DNA of 63,308 nt, the filler included, from Chiloscyllium plagiosum (Eukaryota), in the NCBI RefSeq assembly GCF_004010195.1. It is 5 parts of one record of this genome, joined end to end, with 100 filler letters (N's around TTAATTAATTAA, not from the genome) between each part and the next. Parts side by side here need not be neighbours in the genome. Positions count along the whole stretch, not along the records: positions 40,310 to 58,524 come from NC_057714.1; positions 58,625 to 63,308 come from NC_057714.1; 3 more parts are not named here. One strand, given 5' to 3'. The first letter of the stretch is position 1. The number at the start of each line of letters is the position of its first letter. Both the position numbers and the translations under genes were made by a program. Under the pieces are notes generated by a model. It had not been told where the DNA came from, did no database searches, and saw nothing but the letters and a program-made list of their open reading frames with translations. Shown here in pieces: positions 50,788 through 63,308 of this stretch.

Positions 50788-53516
50788 TATTGCACTGCCC
50801 TCATCAATTCTCTTTGTTACTTCTTCAAAAAACTCAATTAGGTTTGTAAGACATGGCCTCCCATGCACAAAGCCATGTTGACTATCCCTAATCAGTCCTT
50901 GCCTTTCAAAATACATGTACATTCTGTCCCTCAGGACTCCCTCCAACAAATTCCCCACCACCAACATCAGGCTCACTGGTCTATAGTTCCCTGGATTTTC
51001 CTTACCACCTTTCTTAAACAGTGGCACCACATTCACCAACCTCCAGTCTTCCAGCACCTCACCTCACCTGTGACTATCGATGATACAAATATCTCAGCAA
51101 GGGATGCAGCAATCACTTCCCTGGCTTCCCACAGAGTTCTAGGATACACCTGATCATGTCTTTGGGATTTATCCTGTTTTAAGCATTTCAAGACATCCAG
51201 CACTTCCTCCTCTGTAATATGGACATTTTTCCAGATGTCACCATCTATTTCCCCACATTCTATACCTCCCATGTCCTTCTCCACAGTAAACACTGATGCA
51301 AGATAATCATTTGGAATCTCACCCATCTCCTGCAGCTCCACACATAGGCTGTCTTGCTGGTCTTTGAGGGACCCTATTCTCTCCCTAGTTACCCTTTTGT
51401 CCTTAATGTATTTGTAAAAACTTTTTGGTTCTCCTTAACCCTATTTGCCAAAGCTATTTCATGACCTCTTTTTGCCCTCCTGATTTCCCTCTTAAGTATA
51501 TTCCTACTGCCTTTATACTCTTCTAAGGATTCACTTGATCTCCCCTATCTATTTGTGACATATGCTTCCTTCTTTTTCTTAACCAAAACCTCAATTTGTC
51601 TAGTCATCCAGCATTCCCTACATCAACCAGGCTTTCCTTTCACCCTTACAGGAATAAACTATCTCTGGACTCTCACTAACTCACTTCTGAAGGTTTCCCA
51701 TTTTCCAGCTGTCCCTTTACCTGCAAATATCTGCCCCCAATCTGCTTTTGAAAGTTCTTGCCTAATACCGTCGAAATTAGCCTTTCTCCAATTTAGAATT
51801 TTAACTTTTTAGATCCATTCTATCCTTTTCCATCACTATTTTAAAACTAATAGAATTATGGTTGCTGGCCCCAAAGTGCTCCCCCACTGACACCTCAGTC
51901 ACCTGCCCTGCTTTATTTCCCAAGAGTAGGTCAAGTTTTACACCATCTCTAGTCGGTGCATCCACATACTGAATCAGAAAACTTTCTTGTACACACTTAA
52001 CAAATTCCTCTCCATCTAAACTTTTAACACAATGCTATAACCACCCTATTATTCTTACAGATAACTGAGATATCCTTACAAATTTGTCAATTTCCCGCTG
52101 ACTATTGGGGGGGGGCGGGGGTCTATAATACAATCCCAATAAGGTGAGCATCCCTTTCTTATTTCTCAGTTCCACACAAATAACTTCCCTGGATGTATTC
52201 CCAGGGATATCTTCCCTCAGTACAACTATAATGCTATCCCTTATCAAAATCTCTACTCCCCCTCCTCTCTTGTCCCCCTTTCTAACCTTGCTATAGCATT
52301 TGTATCCTGGAACATTAAGCTGCCAGTCCTGCCCATCCCTGAGCCACATTTCTGTAACAGCTATGATATCCCAGTCCCATGTACCTGACCATGTCCTGAG
52401 TTCATCTGTCTTCCCTGTTCGGCCTCTTGCATTGAAGGAAATGCAGTTTAATTTATCATTCCTACTTTGTTTTCTACTTTGTTCCTGTCTGCCCTGACTG
52501 TTTGACTCACTCCTTTTCCCAACTGTACCAGTCTCAGATTGATGTCTGTCCTCACTATCTCCCTGGGTCCCACCACCCCGACCTTACTAGCTTAAATCCT
52601 CCTGAGCAGTGCTAGCAAATCTTCCTGCCAGTATATTAGTCCCCTTCCAATTTAGGTGCAATTGATCTGTCTTGTCCAGGTCACCTCTATCCCAAAACAG
52701 CTTCCAAGGATCCAAAAATGTGAACCCTTTGCCCATACACCACCTCCTCAGCCATGCATTCATCTGCTCTATCCTCCTATTCCTACCCTCACTAGCTCAT
52801 AGCACCGGGAGTAATCCAGATATCACTAACCTTGAGGACCTCCTTTTTAAACTTCTGCCTACTTACTTCCTACATTCTCTCTTCAGAATCTTATCCTTTT
52901 CCCTTCCTATGTCATAGTTCCAATGTGTACAATGACCTCCTGCTGGTCCCTCTCTTCTTTGAGAACATTCTGCATCCTCTCTGAGACATCCTTGATCCTG
53001 GCACTAGAGAGGCAACACACCATTCTGATTTTCACTGCTGGCTGCAGAAACATCTGTCTGTGCCCTGGACTAGAGAGTCCCCTAACACAATTGACCTCTT
53101 GGAACCTCTTGCATTAGAGTCAATCTAGATACCGGAAACTTGGCTGTTTATGCTACATTCCCCTGAGAGTCCATCATCCCCAATATTTTCCACACTTGTT
53201 TGAGCTGGGGATAGCCAGAAAAGACTCCTGTACTACCTGCCTACCTCTCTTACCTTTCCTGGAGTTAACCCATCTCCCTGACTGTGTATCTGCAGCTTTT
53301 CTCCCTTCCTATAACTGCCATCTATCACACTCCCTAGCTCTTGTAAATTCCTCACTGCATCTAACTGTCACTCCAACTGATCCATGTGATCTGATAGAAT
53401 TCGCAACGAAACACCTTTACTGCAGACATAATCATCAGTAACATGGAAACTGTCCCTAAACTCCCACATCCGACAGGAAGAGCATATCACTCTATTAAAG
53501 GTCATCTTTGATCCTT

Positions 53517-53727
53517 GAGGAGAAAGTGAGGTCTGCAGATGCTGGAGATCAGAGCTGAAAATGTGTTGCTGGAAGAGCGCAGCAGGTCAGGCAGCATCCA
53601 GGGAACAGGAGAATCGACGTTTCGGGCATAAGCCATTCCTGAAGAAGGGCTTATGCTCGCAACGTCGATTCTCCTGTTCCCTGGATGCTGCCTGACCTGC
53701 TGCGCTGTTCCAGCAACACATTTTCAG
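53517..53727. mobile_element. Palindromic PLE-pLTR insertion with 14-nt TSD
   Basis: Arms ~53554-53634 / ~53647-53728; TSD catctttgatcctt at 53503-53516 and 53728-53741; hammerhead core mutated (GAAA>GCAA). Confidence 0.88.
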
Positions 53728-53849
53728 CATCTTTGATCCTTCACAATCTACAGACCCAGAAAATAGCATTGCCTTTTTGCCCTGAAAACAAGTGTTCCAG
53801 GCTAACTTTGTACTTATGATTTTAAAAAATTTAATCAGTGTCATAGCCT

Positions 53850-55705
53850 GTCCCTACTTTTCCCCATTCCCTTCGATCTCTTTAATCCCAATTACTGTAT
53901 CCAACTCCTTCCTGAATTAATACAATGTTTATGCCTGGAATGATTTCTATGATAGCACACCCCACACACTCACCACTTTCTGGCTGAAGAAATCTCATCG
54001 CAGTCCTAAATGATCTACCCCATATCTTTAAATAATGAGCCCTGGTTCTGGATCATCACTATTGGGAACATTCTTTCTGCATTTACCCTGTCTACTTCTG
54101 TTAGAATTTATAGGTTTCAATGAGATCCCTCCACATTCTTCTGAACTCCAACAAATATAATCCTAATTAATCCAATCTTTCTTCATTCATCAATCCTGGC
54201 ATCCCAGGAATCAGTTTGGTAAACTTTCGCTGCACTTCCTCTGCAGCAAGAATGTCATTCCTCAGATATGGAGACCAAAACTGCATACAATATTGGTTTA
54301 GTCTTACTCAGGCCCTGTGTAATATCCCAGCAAGATATCCCTGCTCCTGTACTCAAGTCCTACTGTCCAAGTAGTGAGAGGTTGCAAAGCTCTGAAATGC
54401 AGTGAGATCTGGATGTCCCAGTGCATGAATCTTAGAAGGTTAGTATGAAGGTACAGTAAGCAATCAGGAAAGCTAATACAATGTTAAGTTTTATTGCGAG
54501 GGGAACTGAATGTAAAGATAGCGACATTAATCTTTAACTATACAGTGCACTAATGAGACTACATCTGGAGTATTGTGTACAGAGCTGATCAGCATACTTG
54601 TAGATAACACCAATTTATTGGAAAGAGTTCAGAAATGTTTATGAGATTAGTATCTGGAATGAATGGATTATTTTATGAGGAAAGGCTAGACAGTCTACAC
54701 CTGTATCCTCTGGAGTTTAGTGATTTATTTGAAATATACAGAATCCTGAGGGGACTTGACCAGAAGGAGATGGAAAGGATGTTTCCTCATGTGGGAGAAT
54801 CTAGAACCACAGGTCATTGTTTAAAAATAAGGGATTGCGCATTTAAGAAAGAGATGAGGAAACCTTTTTTTCCTCAAGTGCTGGCAAATGGAACTAGATT
54901 AGGTTGGGATATCTGGTCAGCATGGAAAAATTGGACTGAAGGATCTGTTTCTGTGCTGTACATCACTATGACTCCATGACTCTCAGAAGGTTGCGTGTCT
55001 TTGGAATTCCCTTTCTCAGAAGGTGGGAAGAATAGTGGAGATTAATATTTTTTAAAGGGAGAAAGACTGCAGAAAACTTTAGGACAAGGGGATTTGGAGA
55101 CCTCATGCACAGATCACAAAAAGCTAGAATGCAAGTTCAGCAGGTCATATGAAAGACATGTGGAATGTTGCCCTTTATTTCAAAGGAACAGGAGTGTAAA
55201 AATAGCGAAGTCTTGCCAAAACCATAAATGCACGAGCTAAACCACAACTAGAACACTGGGAACCAGTTTGATTCCCTTGACGAAGGAAAGATATACTGGC
55301 ATTGGCAACTGGCCAATAGAGGAATTGAGGGATTTTCTTCTGAGAAGAAGTTTAATAGGGCCAGTGCCTTATTGAAACATAATGTTTTTCAGGATCTGGT
55401 AGATGGTGAGAGATTGCTCCCCCCAGTAGGAGAATCTATGACCAGAAAGTATAATCTCGGAATAAGAGTTTGCCCATTTGAAACAGAGATGGAATTAGTG
55501 GATCTCTGGAATTCATTCTCATGGAAGGCTGTGGAGGGTGAGTCATTAAGTATATTCAAGGTTGATATTGACATGATTTTTAATCAATAAGGGAATCAAG
55601 TGTTATGGGGAACAGGCAAGGAGGTGGTGTCGAGGATTATCAGATCAGCCATGATCCCATTAAATGGCACAGCAGTTTTGCTGAATGACTTACACCTGCT
55701 CCTAC
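53850..55705. mobile_element. Cluster of old CR1 3' fragments (- 53850-54360; + 54370-54985; + 55080-55705)
   Basis: LMRLHLEYCVQ, YEERLDSL, ESRTTGHCLKIR and LWNSFSWKAVEGESL motifs. Confidence 0.75.
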
Positions 55706-55724
55706 ATTGTGTAGCTTCAGGCAG

Positions 55725-56460
55725 GTCTCCTCAACTGTCCACACAAAGTCAATTTCCACCTTTGTAACTCTAGATAGGTTATAGCTGTGTCAAGCCATTC
55801 AATTTGGATTCCAAAATGCCCAGCCACCTTTCAACAGCATAGTGTAACTTGACAACATCCTGTGTACAGCAACTTCTGGGATACACATATAGAGCAACTG
55901 AAAACTATCTTCCAGAAATACAGTCAATTGATCTCATGGTCAACCTTGTGAACAACTAGTCTGCTGAAGCCCAAGTGATCTTTCTAGGACATGTAGTGGG
56001 TCAGGGAAAGTACTATCTACAGCTACAGAGGTTGTACTGCTCCCCATTCCCACAACAAAATGGGAAATCTTGGATTTTTTGGGAATATGTAGGTTCTACA
56101 TAAGGTTCCTCCCAAACTTCAACACAGTAGCGTAATGTTGACAAACCTAGTGTAAGAAAAAACAAAGCCAACATAGACTAAAAAATGCCAAACAACTTTT
56201 CAACAAGTGAGCCTGTGCCTGCAGCTCCAAACTTTAAATCAGCATTTCATGTAGCCAGTGATGTGAATGATGTAGCATTCAGAGCTGCCTTCCTCAGGAA
56301 GATGAACCCAGAATAGATTATTCTTAAATTACTGAGCTACTAGTTAATTTTTGTAAAGAGGTTTAAAGCACAGAAAGCAAGGTTATTACATTGGAGTTTG
56401 TTTCTTCAACCATACTATTTAACAGTCACTCACATTGCTGGGAAATTAAATATGATGGCA
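55725..56460 (+). mobile_element. Degraded Gypsy RT/RNase H fragment
   Basis: KSISTFVT.DRL...FGFQNA/PATFQ, VIFLGHVVGQG, FLGICRFYIRFLPNF, APNFKSAFHVASD, ARLLHWSLFLQPY..VTHIAGK. Confidence 0.78.
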
Positions 56461-58453
56461 TGTGCCCTTTCCAGAACTTAAAGACCAGTTAGAAATGAAG
56501 ACTGGGTCTAAATTAAATTGACTGAGGCTAAGTGGCTTGTTGATTGTGTTTGCTGTTTTGTATATTATCTTTTTCAACGCTGGTAATGAAATGATTATAT
56601 AGTTTTTCCATCTTGCAGGGCATATTGATGGATCAGAACCCCATAGTACTATGGACATTGTTTTAATAAATGTGCTTTGTCTGGCATAGATGTATCCACA
56701 GGGATGGTGATCCTTTGTACAATAATCTTTTTGCAGCCCAACTGGGTGAGTAGAGAGTGAAGCCAAGTCACCCCTCTGTATCTGGGAATTTGACAGTTTG
56801 GATTAACCTAACTGGAATTATAACAAATCTTTACCAGACAACCCTAAGAAAAGAAATCTCAATAGCAAGTTCATTATTTCATGACTCACAGTTAACACCC
56901 ACTACAGTGTAAGTGCGAAAGAATTAGAATCTCTTGTGAGTGCGAGCACTCCTGGTAATCTTATTTGCAGTCCACACTAAATTGATTGCCCTTTTCCCCT
57001 CCTCCACCTTCAGCAACAAGGGCCCCTTAAACTCAGTGAGCTGTGTTCATCCATTCTCCTGGGTGTCACACATATTCCCCAAGAATTTCATGTTTAGGGT
57101 CAGAAAGATCCGATTAGAGATAACACAACCATGCCTTCGAGTTTAATTATAAGTAGCTTTTATATTTATTTATTTTATCTCAAGTAGTTTTGTTTAATTG
57201 ATCAGAGATTCCTCCCTTTTGCCTCCAGCATGTTTCTTATGGCAGAGGTGAACTGAGCTTGTAAATGCAGTCAGCTAAGTAATCATTCTTGTCATCAAGT
57301 CAAAGAGCGAAAACATTATTCTCTCCAGGGAGTCAGTTAAGATAATTGTTCCGGTTATCATGAGCAGAAGGAATAATACTATTCACACTAGGTAGTCTTA
57401 CCATCAAACTGGTTCTTGTTTATATTGATAGAAGCTGCTACTCTGGTATCCTTGCTCTGATTCCACTTGATGACATTATGCAGAGTTGCGCTTCTCTCAT
57501 TTACATTGCAATGCTCAGTGGGAACTCTGCAAAAGTTGAGCGCCCATCTCCAGCAATCCAGTCAAGATCAAAGTTTGTGTACATAACTGGAGTAATTTTA
57601 TTAAATTGCACTTCAGTGTGCAGCCTCAGCTACTGGGAGTTTGTACTGGGAATTGTGTGCTCTCTTCACAATTCTCCAAGATATTTTGTGAAATTACATC
57701 TAATGTGTCATAACCTATTTGTTTAAATATCTTTACCAAAATCCCTTTGTTTCTCCTTTCTTCTCCCTTGACAACAATAACTTACATTTGTGTAGTGCTT
57801 TTAACATAGCAGACCCAATGTTCTTCGCAAGCCATGAAAAGAGCCAATACTTCGGCAGCGGAAATGTTGATTAACAAATTGTGCTCTGAATAACATTTTG
57901 GCACTGTAATTGTTTTATAGAGTTTACGCCTGTAAAGAGGAAGCCAAACACCAATGAGGCCAGCAAAGCAATTGCGCCCTGTTTCACACAAGATGTGCAC
58001 TGCCCTTCAAATTAGACTATACTCATCCCAAGCCATGCACAGTACACACTAGAATTGTGTACATATCCATCACAGTAATTAAAATACGCGAACAGGAATC
58101 TTAAATGTGTTGTCGGATCCTTTTGTGAAATGAGCTTCCCTGGCATACATGATTAATTAACTCAGCAACTTGTGACCATTACAGGCAGTAGGGATCCTCC
58201 AGCTGCCCTATTTGAATGGTTGAATACCAACACGGGAATTATTGCTGGTCTTCCATAGCTCCAGCTTCTTGCAGCATGTGAATCTCAATAGTATCACATC
58301 ACTTTCAGTCTATTATTGTATGTGGGAGCCTACCAGACTGTCTATACTTGGATGAACTATTGCATTTCTACACACATAAACAGAGAGAGAAGCATTCTGG
58401 ATTAGTGGTGTTGGAAGAGCACAGCAGTTCAGGCAGCATCCGAGGAGCAGTAA

Positions 58454-58489
58454 AATCAACGTTTCGGGCAAAAGCCCTTCATCAGGAAT
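58454..58489 (-). ncRNA. Minimal hammerhead ribozyme motif, intact core
   Basis: auuc-CUGAUGA-a-gggc(uuuu)gccc-GAAAC-GUU-gauu. Confidence 0.75.
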
Positions 58490-58524
58490 AAAGGCAGAGA
58501 GCCTGAAGGGTGGAGAGATAAGCT

Positions 58525-58624
58525 NNNNNNNNNNNNNNNNNNNNNNNNNNNNNNNNNNNNNNNNNNNNTTAATTAATTAANNNNNNNNNNNNNNNNNNNN
58601 NNNNNNNNNNNNNNNNNNNNNNNN
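58525..58624. other. Artificial contig-joining spacer
   Basis: N44-TTAATTAATTAA-N44. Confidence 0.98.
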
Positions 58625-58944
58625 CCCAGGGCATCAATGTGAACTTCACCAGTTTCCTCATTTCTCCCCTCTCCCACACCTTACCCCAGTTCCAACCTTC
58701 CAGCTCAGTATTGTCCCCATTACCTGTCCCACCTGTCAATCTTCCTTCCCACCTATTTGCTCCACCCTCCTCTCCAACCTATCACCTTCACCTATTGCAC
58801 TTTCAGCTACCTTCTCTCCAAGCCCACCCCCGAGGCTGCCAGCCTCATTCCTGATGAAGGGTTCCTGCCCAACAAGTCGATTCTCCTGCTCCTCTGATGC
58901 TGCATCCCTGCCGTGCTTTTTCAGCACCACAAACTCTCGGCTCG

Positions 58945-60095
58945 CTCTAAAAGTTGAAGTTTTAATTTGGAGAGAGGCCAATTTTGATGGTTAGAGGCAA
59001 GAACTTCCAAAGCTTGATTGGGTGCAGATGTTTGCAGGTAAAGGGACAGGTCAACAATGCGAAGCTTTAAATGAGCTAACTAGAGTCCAGAGGCAGTGTG
59101 CCTGTTAGGGTGAAAGGCAATATTGGATGTCTAGAGAAATTGAGATTTTGGTTAAGAAAAGAAGAAAGCATATGTCATGTATAGATGACAGCGATAGTGA
59201 CTCTTTAAAGGTATAAACGCAGTAGGAGTATGCTGAAGGATGGCAAACAAGGGGATATGAGATAACTGGCAAAATGCAGGCCAATTAGCCGAATCTCTGT
59301 TGTGGGCAAGATCCTGGAATCCATCATGAAGGATGAGATTTCTCAATACATGAAAGTGTACGGCAAAATAGGGCAAAGTCAGCATGGTCTCATCAAGGGG
59401 AGGTCATGCCTGACAAGTCTGCTAGAATTCTGAGGAAGTAATGACCAGGTTAGACCAAGGACAGCCAATGGATGTTATCTGCCTGGACTTGGCAAGAAGG
59501 CCTTTGACAACGTGCCACACAGGAGGTTACTTACTAAGATAAGGGCTCATGGAGTCAGTTCCAAGTTGCTGGCATGGATAAAAGCTTGGCTGTCCAGCAG
59601 AAAGAAGATAGTAGGGATAGAAGGTACCTACTCAGGATGACAGCCAGTGACAAGTGGTGTTCCACAAGGCTCGGTGTTGGTCGTTAGTAAAGGAAATGGC
59701 TGTCCAGCAGAAAGCAGAGAGTGGGTGTTCCGCAAGGCTGAGTGTTGGGACCACAACCTTTCACTTCCTACATTAACTAGATGAAGGAACTGAGGGCATT
59801 CGAGCTAAATTAGCAAACAATTCAAAGATACGTAGAGGGGCAGGTAGCAATGAGACGGAGAGGCTGCAGAAGGATTTGGACAGGTGAGAGTGGGAGGTTG
59901 TGGACTTTGGGAAGAATAGAGGCATAGACTATTTTCTAAATGGGGAGAAAATTCAAAAATCTGAAGTGCAAAGAGACCAGGGAGTTTTCATCCAGGATTT
60001 TCTCAAGACAAACTTGCAAGTTGAGTCAGTAGTTAGTAAGGGAAATGCAATAATGGCATTTACTTTGAGAGGACTTGAATACAAAAACAATATAG
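58945..60095 (+). mobile_element. Degraded CR1 ORF2 fragments
   Basis: [46 protein letters not shown]. Confidence 0.8.
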
Positions 60096-60102
60096 AGGAG
60101 GC

Positions 60103-60525
60103 CACATCGGGGAGACAGGCCGCCTACTTGCGGAGCGTTTCAGAGAACACCTCTGGGACACCCGGACCAACCAACCCAACCACCCTGTAGCCCAACATTT
60201 CAATCCCCCCTCCCACTCCACCAAGGATATGCAGGTCTTTGCACNNNNNNNNNNNNNNNNNNNNNNNNNNNNNNNNNNNNNGTTGCTGGAAAAGCGCAGG
60301 AGGTCAGGCAGCATCTAGGGAACAGGAGAATCGACGTTTCGGGCATTAGCCCTTCTCCAGCCCTCCTCCCTATCTTTTATCTTAGCCTGCTGGACCAACT
60401 TTCCTCATTCCTGAAGAAGGGCTAATGCCCGAAACGTCGATTCTCCTGTTCCCTAGATGCTGCCTGACCTGCTGCGCTTTTCCAGCAACACATTTCCATC
60501 TCTGATCTCCAGACCTCACTTTCTC
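60103..60525 (+). mobile_element. PLE GIY-YIG fragment followed (across a 37-N gap) by inverted pLTRs
   Basis: HIGETGRLLAERFREHLWDTRTNQPNHPVAQHFNPPSHSTKDMQV; arms 60282-60360 / 60411-60489. Confidence 0.85.
60407..60442 (+). ncRNA. Minimal hammerhead ribozyme motif, intact core with GUC triplet
   Basis: auuc-CUGAAGA-a-gggc(uaau)gccc-GAAAC-GUC-gauu. Confidence 0.78.
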
Positions 60526-60534
60526 CGCTACTAT

Positions 60535-60922
60535 TTAAGAATGATGGCAAGGAAAAGCCAGGGAGCTATAGACTGGTGAGTCTGACTTTGGTGGTGGGCA
60601 AGTTGGAGGTAATCCTGAGGGACAGAATTTCTATGTATTTTGGAAAGGCAAGGACTGATTAGGGATAGTAAGCAAGGCTTTGTGCATGGGGAATCATATC
60701 TCACTAACTTTAATTTTTTGAAGAAGTAACAAAGAGGATTGGTGGGGGCAGTGTGGTGGGCATGATCTACGTGGACTTCAGAGACTGGTTAGCAGAGTTA
60801 CATGTGGAATACAGGGAGAGCTAGTCATTTGGATGCAGAACTGTCTCTAAGGTAGAAGACAGAGGGTGGTGGTGGAGGGTTGTCTTTCAGACCGGAGGCT
60901 GATGACCAGGATCGGTGCTGGG
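60535..60922 (+). mobile_element. Degraded CR1 RT fragment
   Basis: PGSYRLVSLTLVVGK, FFEEVTKRIGG, IYVDF. Confidence 0.8.
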
Positions 60923-62291
60923 TTTATTGTCATCCTGTTTTCCCCCCTCAGTCGAAGCAAAATGCTCAGACATAGTGTAGTTTTACCTCATTCATCTTTA
61001 TTCCCGGCCATGGAGGGAGAGAGAATGATTGTCCATGTGCACAGAGACATGAGTTCTCGGTCTTCTCTCTTGAACAACAATTTCTTCATGCCTTACATAG
61101 TCATTTTACAGGGAGGAGCACCCAGCTAAGGCAACATGCAAATTGAATGGGTGACCATTACAATTAGCGAGTGTCATAGCAAAGATTAAGCCATCTGCTG
61201 TTTCATAATGAATATTTTTAACCTTAACTGGCTCCACATAATACTTTTCACCCTGTTAAACTGACCTTACACACTGGATGTTTTCAGGATGGTAACCTGC
61301 AATTGGTGGTATGTGTGTATGATACTACAGTTTTAAGAGGTGTATTTTGTCCTTTTTCTTTAATGAACAATTGAGAGAGAGGTGCTGAGATGTCTGCTCA
61401 ACCAATAAACAGTTTCTGACGCTTTGGGTTTTTTTGAAGTTGGAACTATAGAAGCAACCTGAATAGGTGGGGTCAAGCGACCACAGAACCATGATTTTTA
61501 GTTTTAGCTTTCAGTAATTGCGATGTTGAAGCTGGATGTGGAAGCTCTTATTCCTCTCCTTGTTACAGCTAAAAGCTGGAGTTCTTTTGCTACTAGAATT
61601 GCATGGGAGACTATCCATTTTATTGCATTTGCCTTTTCCCAAGGGTGTGTTTATGGCATGTTATTATATTGAAACAGTTAATTAGTGGTAGTTAATATCT
61701 ATTTTAAGCATTGAGAGTTCTCATTCAGCCATTTTATAACATTTGTCTGTATTTTGACAGTGTGAAAATAGTGTTATGCTTAAAGTTGAGTAGTTTGACC
61801 AATCTAATTTGTATCTGAATGCAACAGTCGCTTAGCCTAGACCTGACCATTTTCTTATTTTAAAGCTGTCTTAATATATTTTGAGTGCGTTTGGTTTGGT
61901 CCTCAAGTGCCACAGGGATCAGTGCTGGGACACAGTTATTTATAATGTGTATTAATGATTTGGATGAGAGAAGTTATTGTACTATATGTTTGTTTATGGA
62001 TGATACAGAAATAGTTGGAAAGCCAACTGGTGAGGATGATTGGTTAAACAAATGCACGTGTATTTGGTAGATGGGATATAGTTTGGGGAAAATGTGAGGT
62101 GTGGACTTTGGCAAGAAGAAGCGAGAAGCTGAATATTAAATGGTCGAACACTCTTTTGGGAGATCTTGTGCCTGAGTCACAAAAAGTTGGCATTCAGCTT
62201 CAACAATATTTTATGTTAAGGTGAGTGCAGTATCAAAGTTGGGAAGTCTTGATAAACTGCAAGGCCATAGCTGGAATACTGTATCAAGCTT

Positions 62292-62571
62292 TGGTACCTG
62301 TGCCTAAGTAAATGCATTGGATGCATCTGGAGAAGGTATCCTGGGTTGATCCCAGGTATGAAGGGATTAACTTAACATAGAACATAGAAGAATACAGCGC
62401 AGTACAGGCCCTTTGGCCCTCGATGTTGCGCTGGTACCTGTGCCTAAGTAAATGCATTGGATGCATCTGGAGAAGGTATCCTGGGTTGATCCCAGGTATG
62501 AAGGGATTAACTTAACATAGAACATAGAAGAATACAGCGCAGTACAGGCCCTTTGGCCCTCGATGTTGCGC
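62292..62571. repeat. Exact 140-bp tandem duplication across a LINE-LINE junction
   Basis: 62292-62431 equals 62432-62571 by eye. Confidence 0.9.
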
Positions 62572-63308
62572 CGATCCAAGCCCCCTAACCTATTACTAAC
62601 CCACTATCCTCCATATACCTATCCAATGCCCGCTTAAATGCCCATAAAGAGGGAGAGTCCACCACTGCTACAGGCAGGGCATTCCATGAACTTACGACTC
62701 GCTGAGTGAAGAACCTACCCCAACTTCAGTCCTATATCTACCCCCCACTTAATTTAAAGCTATGCCCCCTTGTAATACCCGACTCCATACGCGGGAAAAG
62801 GTTCACACTGTCAACCCTATCTAACCCCCTAATCATCTTGTACACCTCAATCAAGTCACCCCTAAACCTTCTTTTCTCTAATGAAAACAGCCCCAAGTGT
62901 CTCAGTCTTTCCGCATACGATCTTCCTTCCATACCAGGCAACATCCTGGTAAACCTCCTCTGCACCCGTTCCAGTGCCTCCACATCCTTCCTATAGTATG
63001 GCGACCAAAACTGCACACAATATTCCAGATGCGGCCGCACCAGAGTCTTATACAACTGCAACATGACCCCAGGACTCCGGAACTCAATCCCTCTACCAAT
63101 AAAAGCCAGTACGCCATATGCCTTCCTCACCGCACTATTTACCTGGGTGGCAACTTTCAGAGATCTGTGTACATGGACACCAAGATCCCTCTGCTCATCC
63201 ACACTACCAAGTATCCGACCATTAGCCCAATACCCCATCTTCTTGTTACTCTTACCAAAGTGAATCACCTCACACCTACCTACATTGAACACCATTTGCC
63301 ACCTTTCT
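62512..63308 (-). mobile_element. Young CR1 LINE 3' part, open ORF2 running off the window
   Basis: Uninterrupted 185-aa ORF CEVIHFG...LYKTLVRPHLEYCVQFWSP...RGDLIEVYKMIRG...TRGHSFKL; CpG-rich; (TTCTATG)n tail. Confidence 0.95.

Larger units (their letters stand above)
49411..53850 (-). mobile_element. Near full-length degraded CR1 LINE (ORF1 ~52580-53505; ORF2 ~49500-52450) with nested insertions
   Basis: ORF1 start VICSSCRMWEF...DYVC zinc-finger-like; ORF2 WLRDGQDWQLNVPGY, GLYYRPP, GNYRPVSL, FADDTKIEG, 3' tail. Confidence 0.9.
58390..58935. mobile_element. PLE 3' end with inverted pLTRs, broken by spacer 58525-58624
   Basis: PQGINVNFTSF ORF end; inverted copies of the ctgatgaagggc...gaaacgt...ggatgctgc unit. 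Confidence 0.75.

Noticed and set aside
57402..57526. Minus-strand open segment with acceptor and gtaaga donor (VPTEHCNVNERSATLHNVIKWNQSKDTRVAASININKNQFD)
   Set aside because: No recognisable protein family; cannot be supported without RNA-seq or a homology search.
61310..61850. Possible solo LTR (similar candidates near 22130-22785 and 32280-33050)
   Set aside because: LTR-like composition only; no paired copy, PBS/PPT or TSD could be established by eye.

Overview
Vertebrate genomic DNA, by inference a shark or other elasmobranch (HE1/V-SINEs, SacSINE1-like DeuSINEs, dense CR1-type LINEs with TTCTATG/TAATC tails). The window is five segments joined by artificial 100-nt N44-TTAATTAATTAA-N44 spacers. 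Most of it is transposon debris: CR1 LINEs, Penelope-like elements (PLEs) with minimal hammerhead ribozyme motifs and fold-back structure, a split Gmr1-type Gypsy element and an ERV integrase fragment. Host coding sequence is one MALRD1 MAM-domain exon (+, 9905-10062) and the NEBL locus on the minus strand. The NEBL locus has an intact LASP2/LIM-nebulette exon (38647-38540) and nine downstream phase-0 nebulin-repeat exons of the long cardiac nebulette isoform (20411 to 12230). Five of those nine carry lesions: three nonsense codons, frameshifts, two destroyed splice donors and an in-frame deletion. The main discovery candidate is therefore isoform-specific gene loss: a fossil nebulette cassette decaying inside the intron of an apparently still functional LASP2 gene. 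Protein identifications rest on recalled human sequences, not on a database search, and repeat boundaries are approximate.
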